NCBI GenBank assembly: GCA_963773585.1 | Contig: CAVZBR010000004.1 | Location: 429,941-493,940, forward strand | Origin: an uncultured Gammaproteobacteria bacterium | Lineage (GTDB): Bacteria > Pseudomonadota > Gammaproteobacteria > JASBUN01 | Direction: 5' to 3' | Length of the DNA stretch: 64,000 nt | In this document: positions 1 through 10,347 of the stretch, in pieces | Position numbering within the stretch: position 1 is the first letter of the stretch | Layout of the letters: the number at the start of each line of letters is the position of its first letter | Position numbers and translations under genes: made by a program | The notes under the pieces: generated by a model | What the model was told of the DNA's origin: nothing | Databases searched by the model: none | What the model saw: the letters and a program-made list of their open reading frames with translations, nothing else

Positions 1-62
1 CCAGATTGTGACCCCGGATCAGGCCGTGGACGCTGACCAGTACGATATAAAGGCCCGCCCGC

Positions 63-971
63 TCAGTCATGCTGCCAACGTTCCTTTTCGTTGCGATACA
101 AATCCGGATCGGCGCAGGTGGCGCCACGCATTTCACAGACCCGCGCAGCGAAGTCGAGCGCGCGGCGCAGCGTCACGGAATAAGGCCAGCCATGTACCAG
201 ACCGCAGATACAGACTGCAGCGAATGCGTCGCCTGCGCCGACCGTGTCGACCAGTTGTTGCACAACGGCTGGTCGATCCGAGTAAACCTCGTCGCCGGTA
301 ACGAACGAAGCGCCCCGTTCCCCTTCGGTCACGATCAACAGCTCGAGTTGCCGCGCCCGGCAAAGGCTGCGTGCCCGATCCAGCAATTCCGCCGGGCCTG
401 CGAACGGGTGCTGCTCGAGTTCTGCCAGTTCTTCATTGTTGAGTTTGACCCAATGAGCGGCAGCGAGCACGCGCTCGATCAGTGGCCGCTGCCACCAGGG
501 CGCGCGCAGATTCACATCCACGAATACCGGCAGCGAACCAGCTTCGATGCAAGCGAACAGGGCGTCGCGGGACGTAGCGCTGCGCGCGGCCAGTGTACCG
601 TGATACAGCATCGCGCCGTTAACACGCGCCAGGACACTGCGCGCCTCATCGCCGTCGATAAAGTCATACGCCTGGTTCGGCAAGATCGTGTAGCTCGGTT
701 GACCGTTTCGAAGCGCGACTTCCACCGCGCCGGTGGGATGCGCGCGGTCGATTTGCAGACCGGCGAGCTCCATCCCCCAGGCGCGCATTGTTTCCCGGAC
801 TTCAGCGCCCGCCGGATCGTCACCGACACGGCTGATGAAAAGCGGTTGCAAGTCGAAGCCCTGCAGATGCCAGGCGACATTGAACGGCGCTCCGCCCAAC
901 ACCGCGGCATCTTCGAAGCGGTCGAACAAGGCTTCACCGTATACTACCGGACGAGCGGCGTTCCGTGTCAT
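63..971 (-). CDS. PfkB-family carbohydrate kinase (fructokinase-like)
   Basis: GEALFD, GGAPFNVA, VKLNNEEL and C-terminal DTVGAGDAF PfkB signatures. Confidence 0.9.
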   Translation of the reverse strand: MTRNAARPVVYGEALFDRFEDAAVLGGAPFNVAWHLQGFDLQPLFISRVGDDPAGAEVRETMRAWGMELAGLQIDRAHPTGAVEVALRNGQPSYTILPNQAYDFIDGDEARSVLARVNGAMLYHGTLAARSATSRDALFACIEAGSLPVFVDVNLRAPWWQRPLIERVLAAAHWVKLNNEELAELEQHPFAGPAELLDRARSLCRARQLELLIVTEGERGASFVTGDEVYSDRPAVVQQLVDTVGAGDAFAAVCICGLVHGWPYSVTLRRALDFAARVCEMRGATCADPDLYRNEKERWQHD

Positions 972-1024
972 GCCACAACCTTATTGCTCAACCTAGTTGC
1001 CCAACGTTGGGATCTACTTGCGCG

Positions 1025-2032
1025 CTACTTGGCCTTCGTCAAGTCGAGCCCCTTGCGCAGTTCTTGCGCCAACTGGTAGGCGTCCCCCACTTTCAGCTGA
1101 TGCGAAAAATACAACTGCGGATGCTCACCCGTTTCCTGGTTGTACAGACAACCCACAAACCAATTCATCTGATTCGCCATAAGCTTGAACACGGGATCGA
1201 TTGCATGGGTCAGCATGGAGAAGTCCATCACCGCCACTGCATTTGATCCGTCGCCGGTTGGCTTGAACGACACGTGGCTGGAAATATTTGTCTGCGGCTT
1301 CACGTCGATTCCCGAGATCGTGATCTGGTCCGTCCGCGGTATCATCACCTCGACCACGCCATCATCGCCTACTTCGAAGTCTCCATGAAGAATCTTTGCC
1401 AATCGATCGGCGTCGAGAGGCGTCTTTGGGTTCTTGGCAGCTGGCTGCGGCAACGGCGCACCAGTCACATCCACCGCCGCACGGGTTGCCTTTGCAAGGG
1501 CGATCGGATCACCGCTACCACGAAAATGCACGAACCAGATCTGCGGGTCCATCATGGGCAGATGCTGATGGAACGACTGCACAGACAGTCCGTTTTTCAA
1601 CAGTGCAGAAATGAACGGGTTCACTTCGCTGGCAAGCAGCGCCATATCTGCATTCAGGAACGCCTGACCCTGACCCGCGGGCTGAATGGATATTCCGCCG
1701 TGCACAACGAAGTTGGGAGTAAAGGTGATGTTTTGCGGACCTGTGACGTCTCCGATGTCGGTGCGCGCCACTTTCAAGCCCAACACGGAATTCGATACGT
1801 GCCCATCCTTGATCCCGATAATCTGTTTCATGTCCTCCACCGGCAGGTTCGCGCCGCCAGCCGACGCGTGGTTCGATTCCTGCGACCCCGGATCCGCAGA
1901 ACCTGCCGTACCACCCGACCCGTCACTGCGTGCGGACACGATACCAGGCACGGCAAGACTGCCAAGAAATGCAGCACCCATTCCGAGCGCCTGCCGCCTC
2001 GTCATGACGACATGATCCCTTTCGTTTTTCAT
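1025..2032 (-). CDS. Tat-exported DUF1259-like protein
   Basis: ATG at 2032 with AAGGAG RBS; twin-arginine signal TRRQALGMGAAFLG; two related halves with HQH...WFVHF and YNQE..EHPQLYFSH motifs. Confidence 0.75.
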   Translation of the reverse strand: MKNERDHVVMTRRQALGMGAAFLGSLAVPGIVSARSDGSGGTAGSADPGSQESNHASAGGANLPVEDMKQIIGIKDGHVSNSVLGLKVARTDIGDVTGPQNITFTPNFVVHGGISIQPAGQGQAFLNADMALLASEVNPFISALLKNGLSVQSFHQHLPMMDPQIWFVHFRGSGDPIALAKATRAAVDVTGAPLPQPAAKNPKTPLDADRLAKILHGDFEVGDDGVVEVMIPRTDQITISGIDVKPQTNISSHVSFKPTGDGSNAVAVMDFSMLTHAIDPVFKLMANQMNWFVGCLYNQETGEHPQLYFSHQLKVGDAYQLAQELRKGLDLTKAK

Positions 2033-2260
2033 GTGGACTCCTTTCCGCATTTTCCGTTGATGTTTACCCGCTGGAAGGGTGGCGCAGAGTTGCGCCAGCG
2101 CTGACTCGTAATTCACGCTGCGACGACTGCACGTGGCATGGGGCTCGCCGCACGCGCGGTGCAGTTCAGTTACGCAGTCGGGTTAAAGTTCGCGCTACCA
2201 GCCGCGCACTTCAAAGACGCGCTCGCAGACGGCGCCACGTTCGGCGCCTGTGGCATCAGT

Positions 2261-3640
2261 TTAGGCGATGAGTGCGGAGTCGCACATGGCGCGGAATTCC
2301 GTCTCGTAGAAAAATTCCGGTTCACCGAACGCAGGCTGCAGCTGATCGAGCCAAGTGGCGTGCTCGTCGTAACGGGCGAAAAACGGCCGTTGTACCCAGT
2401 CCGGATTGCGGCCCTGGATGAACCGCAATGCCATCACCTTTTCGCCGGCGACTTCTGTGATGCCCTGGATTTCGACCTTGCCGGGACCGGCACTCATACT
2501 TGGGCCGCGGGCCGTACGCGCCAGACCGGAGACTCGCTGCATCGCGTCGCGGTAGATACTCGACGCGCGCACCAGCGGCACTTCAAAATAATGCCTCGCG
2601 CCGGTATCGCGTTCGACGAACATGTAATAGGGGATGATCCCCAACCGCACCTGGGCGCGCCACATTCGCGCCCAGACATCAGCAGAATCGTTGATATGTG
2701 CAACCAGCGGCGACTGGCTGCGGATCTCGGCGCCGGTGTCTCGGATGCGGCGAATCGCTTCCCGAACGACAGGTGTTTCCAGTTCCCGCCAATGATTGAA
2801 GTGCGCCATGAACGCCACATGCTTGCCGGCTCGCACCAGGCGATCCAGCAGGCGCAGCAAATCGTCGGCGTCGGCGTCGGTGACGAATCGATAGGGCCAG
2901 AAGGACAGCGCCTTGCTTCCGATGCGTACCGTCTGGATATGTTCCAGCGCCGGGCTGGTCAGCGGCGACAGATACTGTTCCAGATTTTTGGTTTTCATCA
3001 CCATCGGATCCCCGCCGGTAATCAACAGGTCAGAGACTTCGCCGTGCTGCTTCAGATAGCGGTGCAGATGGTCGGCTTCCTTGGCTGCAAAGCGCAGATC
3101 CTTGTCGCCAACGAATTGCGCCCAGCGAAAGCAGAAACTGCAATAGGAATGACAGGTCTGGCCCTGGCTCGGGAAGAACAACACCGTTTCGCGGTACTTG
3201 TGTTGGATGCCTTGCAACGGCTCACCATCGAGCAGCGGTACATTGAGCTGTTGCTGCGCGGCAGGGTGAGGGTTGAGTTCATTGCGGATGTCCCAGGCGA
3301 TTGCGTTGCGCTTGGCCTTTTCGGCGCCGTCGCGCAGCGCCGATGCCATGCGCTGAAAATGAGACTCCTGCAGCATGCCCCGCTGGGGAAAGGTGAGCTG
3401 GAAGATCGGATCGTCCGGAACCCGGTCCCAGTCGATCAGATTGTCGATGACGTATTGATTGACCCGGAAAGGCAATACGCTGGCTACCGCGCGCATCTCG
3501 AACCGTGTTTCGTCCGACAACTGCTGCAGGGGTTCAATACTCTCCAGCTGGCGCTCGGTGTACACCTGGAACCGCGCGGGTTCGATGGTGGATTGACGTT
3601 CGGCCCGTGCCAAGTTGTTTAGCTTGATGACCCTCGACAT
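2261..3640 (-). CDS. KamA-family radical SAM protein (lysine 2,3-aminomutase-like)
   Basis: CHSYCSFCFRW (CxxxCxxC), LITGGDP, HFNH, MSAGPGKV; ATG at 3640 with GGAGA RBS. Confidence 0.85.
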   Translation of the reverse strand: MSRVIKLNNLARAERQSTIEPARFQVYTERQLESIEPLQQLSDETRFEMRAVASVLPFRVNQYVIDNLIDWDRVPDDPIFQLTFPQRGMLQESHFQRMASALRDGAEKAKRNAIAWDIRNELNPHPAAQQQLNVPLLDGEPLQGIQHKYRETVLFFPSQGQTCHSYCSFCFRWAQFVGDKDLRFAAKEADHLHRYLKQHGEVSDLLITGGDPMVMKTKNLEQYLSPLTSPALEHIQTVRIGSKALSFWPYRFVTDADADDLLRLLDRLVRAGKHVAFMAHFNHWRELETPVVREAIRRIRDTGAEIRSQSPLVAHINDSADVWARMWRAQVRLGIIPYYMFVERDTGARHYFEVPLVRASSIYRDAMQRVSGLARTARGPSMSAGPGKVEIQGITEVAGEKVMALRFIQGRNPDWVQRPFFARYDEHATWLDQLQPAFGEPEFFYETEFRAMCDSALIA

Positions 3641-3776
3641 AGCTTGTCTCCAGCTGTGGTGATGGGCAGCGCACGCCGTTCGGCGCCTGTTCGCTACGCT
3701 CATGATTTGCAGGCGGCCCGTAGCGGCGCCCGCGGCTGCGTTGATCGAAATTGAAGAAGCAAAACCGGGGTCCGGC

Positions 3777-4304
3777 TCAAGTGTCGGACAACGGTTCCAG
3801 TGCCGCTTCGTGATCGGCCAAGTCCATCGCCTTGACCAAGGCGGCGATATTGTCGTTGAGTCCTGCCAGTACCGAATCCGGCAACGCCATTAGCCCGCTG
3901 CTCAATGCTCCCTGGGCGGGTCTCGGCGCCTGCTCCACGAGCGACCGCCCGGCGGCGGTGAGATACAAACGCACCACCCGGTGGTCCGGTCCACGCCGCT
4001 CCCGCTGGATCAACCGCTTGCGCTCCAGCTTGTCGAGCAGATTGCTGGCCGTGGACTGGTGGATTGACAGCGCCCGGGATAACTCCGACACCCGCAGACC
4101 CGGCCGGGAATGCAGCTCCGACATGGTCCACAGTTGCGCGGCGCTGACACCGCATTGTTTTTCCACCCAGCGCGAATGCTCCTGAATTGAGCGAAACACC
4201 AAGCGGAATCCCTGTACTACGGAGCCCATCTGCCGCTCCCGGTCGCGACCGTCTGCGGCCCCGGGTTGCGGCTCGCCGGATTCGGGGTTTCTTAGTTCGC
4301 TCAC
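3777..4304 (-). CDS. MarR-family transcriptional regulator (start uncertain)
   Basis: LSIHQSTASNLLDKLERKRLIQR..DHRVVRLYLT winged-helix pattern. Confidence 0.85.
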   Translation of the reverse strand: MSELRNPESGEPQPGAADGRDRERQMGSVVQGFRLVFRSIQEHSRWVEKQCGVSAAQLWTMSELHSRPGLRVSELSRALSIHQSTASNLLDKLERKRLIQRERRGPDHRVVRLYLTAAGRSLVEQAPRPAQGALSSGLMALPDSVLAGLNDNIAALVKAMDLADHEAALEPLSDT

Positions 4305-4339
4305 GGCTACGCTCAGTGTGGAAATGTTGGCAGCAATTA

Positions 4340-4353
4340 TATTTGCGCAAATA
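4340..4353. promoter_or_regulatory. Perfect 14-bp palindrome TATTTGCGCAAATA, candidate MarR operator
   Basis: Palindrome in the AT-rich gap between the divergent marR and hydrolase genes. Confidence 0.55.
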
Positions 4354-4422
4354 CATTTAGCAACCCGTAACTCGGCTAGGATGTTGGTTTCCCGCACCTG
4401 TTCCGCAAAGAGTACGAATTTC

Positions 4423-5193
4423 GTGCGCTATCTATCATTAGTCGTATCTCTAATTCTGGCCGCTTGTACAGCCTTCGGGACCGGAGAAAAGCGATTAAAA
4501 ACCGTAACCTATCAAACTGCAAAACAACCCTCCGACACATTACTGGTGCTGCTTCCGGGACTCTACGATCGGCCCGGGGATTTTAACCGTGCTCATTTCA
4601 TGGATAGCGCCCGAGCGGCTTCCGTGCCCGCCGATCTGATGACGGTGAACGCGAGTTACGCCTATTATCGGTCCCGAACCATACTTTCCCGGCTGCAGAC
4701 GGACGTAATCGGCCCAGCTCGGCGCGCCGGCTACAAACAGATCTGGCTGGTGGGCATATCCTTGGGCGGCCTGGGCGCTCTGTTGTACCTCAAAGCCCAC
4801 CCGCAAGACCTGGCCGGCGTGGTACTGATGTCGCCTTACCTCGGCGAAGACAAATTGATCGCCCGGATCGCGGCGTCTGGCTCCCTGACCGACTGGCAGC
4901 CCGACCCCGAATGCAGCGCGGACTCGATCTGCGCGTTATGGGAATGGCTGCGCGAATTCAGCAAGCACCCGCCCGACCAGCGCACCCCGGTCCTGCTTGG
5001 CTATGGCGACCGGGATCGATTTGCCACGGCGCACCGATTGCTCGCCGAAGCGCTCGGCCGGAAGCGCACTGTCACGGTGGCAGGCGGCCATGACTGGCAG
5101 ACCTGGCAACAGCTTTGGCGGCAGTTTCTCGCCGGGCCGTGGGCTGGTGCGTTGACTGCGCAGGCGGTGGTGAATCGCAAGCTGAAAAAATGA
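4423..5193 (+). CDS. Alpha/beta hydrolase lipoprotein (esterase-like)
   Basis: GTG start, lipobox LAAC, nucleophile elbow GISLGG, GDRD and GGHDW (Ser-Asp-His triad). Confidence 0.8.
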   Translation: MRYLSLVVSLILAACTAFGTGEKRLKTVTYQTAKQPSDTLLVLLPGLYDRPGDFNRAHFMDSARAASVPADLMTVNASYAYYRSRTILSRLQTDVIGPARRAGYKQIWLVGISLGGLGALLYLKAHPQDLAGVVLMSPYLGEDKLIARIAASGSLTDWQPDPECSADSICALWEWLREFSKHPPDQRTPVLLGYGDRDRFATAHRLLAEALGRKRTVTVAGGHDWQTWQQLWRQFLAGPWAGALTAQAVVNRKLKK

Positions 5194-5215
5194 AAGGGCC
5201 CGCTGGGGCCCTTTC
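5192..5215. terminator. Hairpin between convergent genes
   Basis: GAAAGGGCCC-GCTG-GGGCCCTTTC perfect 10-bp stem with an A-run on the left. Confidence 0.7.
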
Positions 5216-5241
5216 GCTGCATACCGTGGCAACCGTTCTGG

Positions 5242-5634
5242 CTACATGGCGACCAACCGGGACTGAATCGCGCGGTCGAGATTTTGCACCCAGCCGTTGT
5301 AGTTGGAGTGAATGACGGATCCGTCGTACTTCAGGTTGGCGCTGTTCTTGTACTGGATGCTATAGGCTTTGGCGCTATAGGGAATGTCCACTTGCGCCAT
5401 GTGCTCGCGCAAATTCAGGGTGCCGACGATATGCCCTGGTCCGACTTCCTTCATAACCCAGCCCAGCGACGTACCCGCCTGCATGATGGCGTTGCGCACA
5501 TCATCCTGCGATACCTTGCCACTGGTGGTCGACACGGGGGCCTTTTCGACGTTGTATACCGGCGCCGTACGGCAACCGGTCACCACGGCCATGGCCGCTA
5601 CCAATGCAATGATCGCCAGTGATCTGAATTTCAT
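5242..5634 (-). CDS. Small lipoprotein of unknown function
   Basis: GGAGG RBS; signal MKFRSLAIIALVAAMAVVTG-C; C-terminal IHSNYNGWVQNL. Confidence 0.75.
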   Translation of the reverse strand: MKFRSLAIIALVAAMAVVTGCRTAPVYNVEKAPVSTTSGKVSQDDVRNAIMQAGTSLGWVMKEVGPGHIVGTLNLREHMAQVDIPYSAKAYSIQYKNSANLKYDGSVIHSNYNGWVQNLDRAIQSRLVAM

Positions 5635-5777
5635 ATTGAACATCCTCCCGGTTTGTACGTTTCCAGTTATTATCGGTTTGCATACCCATGCGCGAGGGCA
5701 CGGAAAATTCGCGTCGAGTTTAGCTAAATCCGCGTCAAAATAATACAATCTCCGTGGTTAAACACGCGGTGCAACTC

Positions 5778-7167
5778 ATGAATCAATACGCGGTCGTCAT
5801 TGCGGCCTACAACGAAGCGCGCACCATCCGCGACATCGCTACAGCCGCGCTGCACTGGTGTTCACTCGTGTATGTGGTCGACGACGGCTCGAGCGACGAC
5901 ACCGTGGCGGCGCTTGCCGGACTGCGACGTCGAAGTGCTGCGCCACGCCCACAACGAGGGCAAGGGCGCCACACTCTGGGACGGCATGCAGGCGGCGCTG
6001 AAGGCGGGCGTCGACGCAGTCATTACCCTGGATGGTGATGGCCAACACGATCCCGACGATATCCCGCGTTTGCTCGAACGACACCGCCGCAACCCGCAGC
6101 AATTGGTGATCGGCGCGCGCCTCGCCGAGGGTTCGGCCTTCCCGCGCGCACGTTACTACGCCAATCGTTTTGCCAATTTCTGGATTTCCTGGGCCGCCGG
6201 TTATCCCATTTCAGACAGTCAGTCCGGATTTCGCGTGTATCCGGCGGAACTGCTGCGACGTCTGCACGCACGCCCGCGCAAGTCGCAGGGATTCGTATTC
6301 GAAAGCCAGGTTCTGATCGAAGCCGCGCGCTTGGGTTTTCGCGCCAGCAGCGTGCCGATCGCCGCCGTGTACCGCACCGACGCGCGGCCGAGCCACTTCC
6401 GCGCAGTGACCGACGTGCTGCGTATCACCCGCATGGTGGCCGGCAAGTTGTTGCGCCGCGGGTTGTATCCGCAAGGATTATGGAACGCCCTGACGGAAGG
6501 ACACGTGCAGCGTCTGCGCGTCCTCGGCCGCGGCGCGCTGACCACATTGCTGCTGTCGGCAGCCGTCATGTTGCTGAGTCTCGGCATCACCTGGTGCTGG
6601 GCTTTCGTACGTGTCTTGTATTTCGCGTTGCGGGTAGCGCCGCGCGCCAAAGACAGTAACGCCGTCCTGGTGCTGGGATTGCAATTGCGCGACGGCGCCG
6701 TCACCGAACCCTATATCGAACGCCTGGAGCGCGCGCGGCAGTTGTACCTCAGCCGCTGCGCGCCCCACATCGTGGTGTTGGGCGGCCGGGCCGAGACCGG
6801 CGCAGGCATATCGGAAGCAGCGGCAGGTCGTGACTATCTGCTCGGCAAAGGTTTGCCGACCAGCCATCTCATGCTCGAGGACCGCTCGCGCAATACCCTG
6901 GAAAACCTGCGCAACGGGCGCGCGCTGTTGGCGCCCGGCGATCACATTACGATTGTCAGCAGCCGCTCGCATCTTGCGCGCTGCCAGGCGCTGGCGTCAG
7001 TGCTGGGCCTGAGATTCCAGCTCTGCGCCGCAGAGTCCCGATGGTGCTGGAGTGTGGCGTCGGTATGGGCGCTGGTAAAGGAAAGTCTGCACCTGCACTG
7101 GTATTACACTGGCAGGTTGTGGGCGCGCATCACAGCCGATCCGGAACTGCTGAGCAAGACCAGTTGA
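5778..7167 (+). CDS. Glycosyltransferase family 2 fused to a DUF218 (YdcF/ElyC-like) domain; +1 frameshift near 5925
   Basis: VIAAYNEA and VVDDGSSD in one frame; GKG, TLDGDGQH and DSQSGFR in the next; C-terminal VLVLG, SEA, EDRSRNTLEN and SSRSHLAR. Confidence 0.8.
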
Positions 7168-7168
7168 C

Positions 7169-7888
7169 TTACACCATGGCGCCGTTGATGCCGATCACCT
7201 GGCCGGAAATATAACCGGCCTGCTTCGACGCCAGGAACGCCACCAGGTCCGCCACTTCTTCCGGCTTGCCGGCGCGCTGCATCGGCACCATGGCTTTGAG
7301 CTGGTCCTTACTGAACGCACCGGCGCTCATGTCGCTCTCGATGATACCGGGCGCCACCACGTTCACCGTCACGCCACGCGACGCCAATTCGATCGCCAGA
7401 CTTTTGCTGGCACCGTGGAGTCCCGCCTTTGCGGCAGCATAATTGGCCTGCCCGCGGTTCCCCACGATGCCGGCAACCGAACTGATGCTGATGATGCGCC
7501 CCCAGCGGGTACCCATCATCGGCAACAGCAGGGGTTGGGTGACATTGAAAAATCCAGTCAGATTCACGTCCAGCACCCGCTGCCATTGTTGCAGGCTCAT
7601 GCCCGCCATGGGTGCATCGTCGTGGGCACCGGCATTGTTGACCAATACCTGGATCGGACCTGGTTCCAACAGCGACGCCATGGCCGAGGCGCATTGCGCT
7701 TCGTTGCTGACGTCGAACGCGCACGCCCGGGCAGTGCTGCCATGGTCACGCAGTTCCGCGGCCAGCGCTTCGGCGCGATCGAGATTGCGATTGGCGTGCA
7801 CCAACACTTCACAGCCGGCCGCGGCGAGGGCACGGCAAATGGCGCTGCCGATGGCCCCGCTGCCGCCGGTAACCAGGGCACGGATCAT
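7169..7888 (-). CDS. fabG: 3-oxoacyl-ACP reductase
   Basis: TGGSGAIG, NNAG, YAAAK, VAPG short-chain dehydrogenase motifs; cluster context. Confidence 0.9.
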   Translation of the reverse strand: MIRALVTGGSGAIGSAICRALAAAGCEVLVHANRNLDRAEALAAELRDHGSTARACAFDVSNEAQCASAMASLLEPGPIQVLVNNAGAHDDAPMAGMSLQQWQRVLDVNLTGFFNVTQPLLLPMMGTRWGRIISISSVAGIVGNRGQANYAAAKAGLHGASKSLAIELASRGVTVNVVAPGIIESDMSAGAFSKDQLKAMVPMQRAGKPEEVADLVAFLASKQAGYISGQVIGINGAMV

Positions 7889-8334
7889 GGCGCTTCTCCC
7901 GGAACGATGACCGTGGCCCGGGCGCTCGCCACCAGGCACTGATCGAGGTAGACCTCGAAGCTGTACAGGAAACTATCGCCGCTGACCATCAGCCGCTGCG
8001 CTTCCACCCGCAACAACGCTTCGCGGTCATCGAGCCGCGCGGCGTACAAGCGAACGTCGCGCAATCCCGCCAAGACCCCCGGCCGCACTGCCAAGCCGGT
8101 GTCGCGCGCCAACAGGCCGCCGTGTACCGCCATCGCTTGAGCGCCGTATTCCAGCGCATGCACGACCGCCAGTGCGCCGCCTTCGCGCAGCGGATTGTCC
8201 ATCGCCAAATGACTGCGGCTATGGCATCGGATCCGGTCGGCGTCCCAGAAATCCACGCCGTCTAGCAGGCACATGGCGCCGCTATGCGGGATCAGCGCGC
8301 ACAGTGCCGGTTTGTCGATCAACGCTTGTGGCAT
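7885..8334 (-). CDS. Hotdog-fold 3-hydroxyacyl-ACP dehydratase subunit
   Basis: LIPHSGAMCLLD and EYGAQAMAVH motifs typical of aryl-polyene clusters. Confidence 0.8.
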   Translation of the reverse strand: MPQALIDKPALCALIPHSGAMCLLDGVDFWDADRIRCHSRSHLAMDNPLREGGALAVVHALEYGAQAMAVHGGLLARDTGLAVRPGVLAGLRDVRLYAARLDDREALLRVEAQRLMVSGDSFLYSFEVYLDQCLVASARATVIVPGEAP

Positions 8335-9110
8335 CGCACCGAAAGCAAGTGAGTTGCGGAATAGGGCAGGTGAACCTGTCCCTCGGCGGCAGCCGCAATG
8401 ATAGCCGCAAGCGGCAAACTGCGTGCTGCGGGATTGTCGCACCGTAGCGCTTCGAGACCGGCGTCCGCCATCGTGCTGGCTTTGCGGCCGCGCTCAAGAT
8501 GCAGATCGAGCCCGACGGCCGCCCCGGCGGTCGGCCGAGGCGTGAGCAACAGCGCCACCGCAAATGGTTGCGTCAGCGGCCAATGGTCAAGCAAGGGCGC
8601 CGGCGGCGGCCAGTCATACGCCACCAGCAATACCGGTGCCGCTTCGGTTTCGACCATGGTCCATGCTTCCAGCAGCCCGGCTGCGAAACTGAATCCATGG
8701 GCCGCGATACTGGTGGATGGCATGCGCGTCGCCGCGCCCAGGGACCAATAGCCGGCGGGCGCGTTATGGACGGAATTATGAAACTGGGTCGGCGATACCG
8801 GTCGCTCGGGCATGCTCAATGCGGTACAGATCTTGTCGACAATCTCCAAATCGCCGGACGCGGATGCAAACACCGAGCACAGTTCCGCCGGCGCGATGCG
8901 CGCCTCGCGCAACGCATCTTCCGCGGTCTGCAGCGCCAGGCGAATCGCCGCCGTGGTGCGGCGGCGCTCATTGGCGGCCAGCAGACTGGTGCTCGGTGGC
9001 GGCAGCGGCTCGCTCCGGTAGCCTTGCGCGCCCGACAATACGCTCCGGGCTTGGTCCCAGTTCACCAGGCCGGGAGCGCCAATCCCGATCGCGTCCACCC
9101 AGGCGGTCAT
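8319..9110 (-). CDS. Beta-ketoacyl synthase chain-length factor
   Basis: ERRR and SPTQFHNSVHNAPAGY; no catalytic Cys motif; overlaps the KS stop codon. Confidence 0.85.
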   Translation of the reverse strand: MTAWVDAIGIGAPGLVNWDQARSVLSGAQGYRSEPLPPPSTSLLAANERRRTTAAIRLALQTAEDALREARIAPAELCSVFASASGDLEIVDKICTALSMPERPVSPTQFHNSVHNAPAGYWSLGAATRMPSTSIAAHGFSFAAGLLEAWTMVETEAAPVLLVAYDWPPPAPLLDHWPLTQPFAVALLLTPRPTAGAAVGLDLHLERGRKASTMADAGLEALRCDNPAARSLPLAAIIAAAAEGQVHLPYSATHLLSVRCHKR

Positions 9111-10297
9111 CGGCGCCGACCCAGAATCAGGCTGCAGTTGCTGCCGCCGAAGCCGAACGAATTGCTCATTACCGTGCGCACCGCGGCGGCGCGGTTGCGC
9201 AGCGCCACGTCGGCGCGCAGTTCGGGGTCGAGTTGTTCGGTATTGCAGCTGCCCGGAATCAAATCGTGCTGCAGGCACAAGGTACTGAGCAACGCCTCGC
9301 AGATGCCGGCGGCGCCCAGCGTGTGCCCGGTGTAGCCCTTGGTGGAACTGCACGGCACCCGGTCTGCGAACACATCGACAACAGCGCGATCTTCGGCGCG
9401 ATCGTTGGACACGGTGGCAGTGCCGTGCAGGTTGATGTAGTCGAGCTCATCGGCTCGGAGACCGGCGCGAGTCAGCGCCCGCGTCATGGCCAGGGCCGCG
9501 CCGGCGCCTTCGGGATGGGGCGTGGACATGTGATATGCATCGCTGCTTTCGCCATAGCCGAGCAGCAGCGGAACATCGGAACGGTCACCGGATTGCGGCC
9601 GCTCCAGCAGCGCGAAGCCGCCGGCCTCACCGATATTGATGCCGCTGCGTTGTACGTCCCATGGCCGGCACGGCACCTTCGACACCAGATCCAAAGCGCT
9701 GAAGCCGTACAACGTCATCAGGCACAGGCTATCCACGCCGCCCACCACGGCGGCATCGCACAAACCCGCTTGCATGTGCCGGTGCGCGACGGCAAACACC
9801 TTGGCACTGGAAGAACACGCCGTCGACACCACCAGCGCCGGACCCTCAAGTGCCAATTCGCGACCGACAAAGTCCGCCAGGGAAAACGTGTCCTGGGTCT
9901 GTCGATAGTGAAAAGAACGCGGCAAGCGGCCATCGGTGTCGCGCTGGGCGTAGGCACGTTCGGTCTCGCGTATGCCGGAGGTGCTGGTGCCGAGAAACAA
10001 GCCGACGCGCGCCGCGCCGTAGCGGCCTACCGCTACAGCGACCCGTTCGGCGAAGCCGTCCTGTTGCAGCGCCAGCCGCGCCAGGCGGTTGTTTCTGCAA
10101 TCGTATTCGGACAACTGTCCGCCGATGACCAGATCCTCGAGGCCGTCGACGCGACCGATCCAGGTCTCCAGCGCGGCGTCGTCGAAGTCGTTGGGACGCA
10201 GACCCGAATGACCCTGCGACAGCGCTTGCAGGGTCGGCGCAATGCCGCGACCCAAGGCGCTCGTCAGCGTGTAGGAAGGCAGTGATAAAGGCTGCAT
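9107..10297 (-). CDS. Beta-ketoacyl-ACP synthase (aryl-polyene KS)
   Basis: STACSS, NLHGTAT and GHTLGAAG (Cys-His-His); SNSFGFGGSN. Confidence 0.92.
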   Translation of the reverse strand: MQPLSLPSYTLTSALGRGIAPTLQALSQGHSGLRPNDFDDAALETWIGRVDGLEDLVIGGQLSEYDCRNNRLARLALQQDGFAERVAVAVGRYGAARVGLFLGTSTSGIRETERAYAQRDTDGRLPRSFHYRQTQDTFSLADFVGRELALEGPALVVSTACSSSAKVFAVAHRHMQAGLCDAAVVGGVDSLCLMTLYGFSALDLVSKVPCRPWDVQRSGINIGEAGGFALLERPQSGDRSDVPLLLGYGESSDAYHMSTPHPEGAGAALAMTRALTRAGLRADELDYINLHGTATVSNDRAEDRAVVDVFADRVPCSSTKGYTGHTLGAAGICEALLSTLCLQHDLIPGSCNTEQLDPELRADVALRNRAAAVRTVMSNSFGFGGSNCSLILGRRR

Positions 10298-10347
10298 GAA
10301 CGGAGTGCGCGTCGGTGGAGGATGGGCGGCGGATAGCAAACGCTTCG

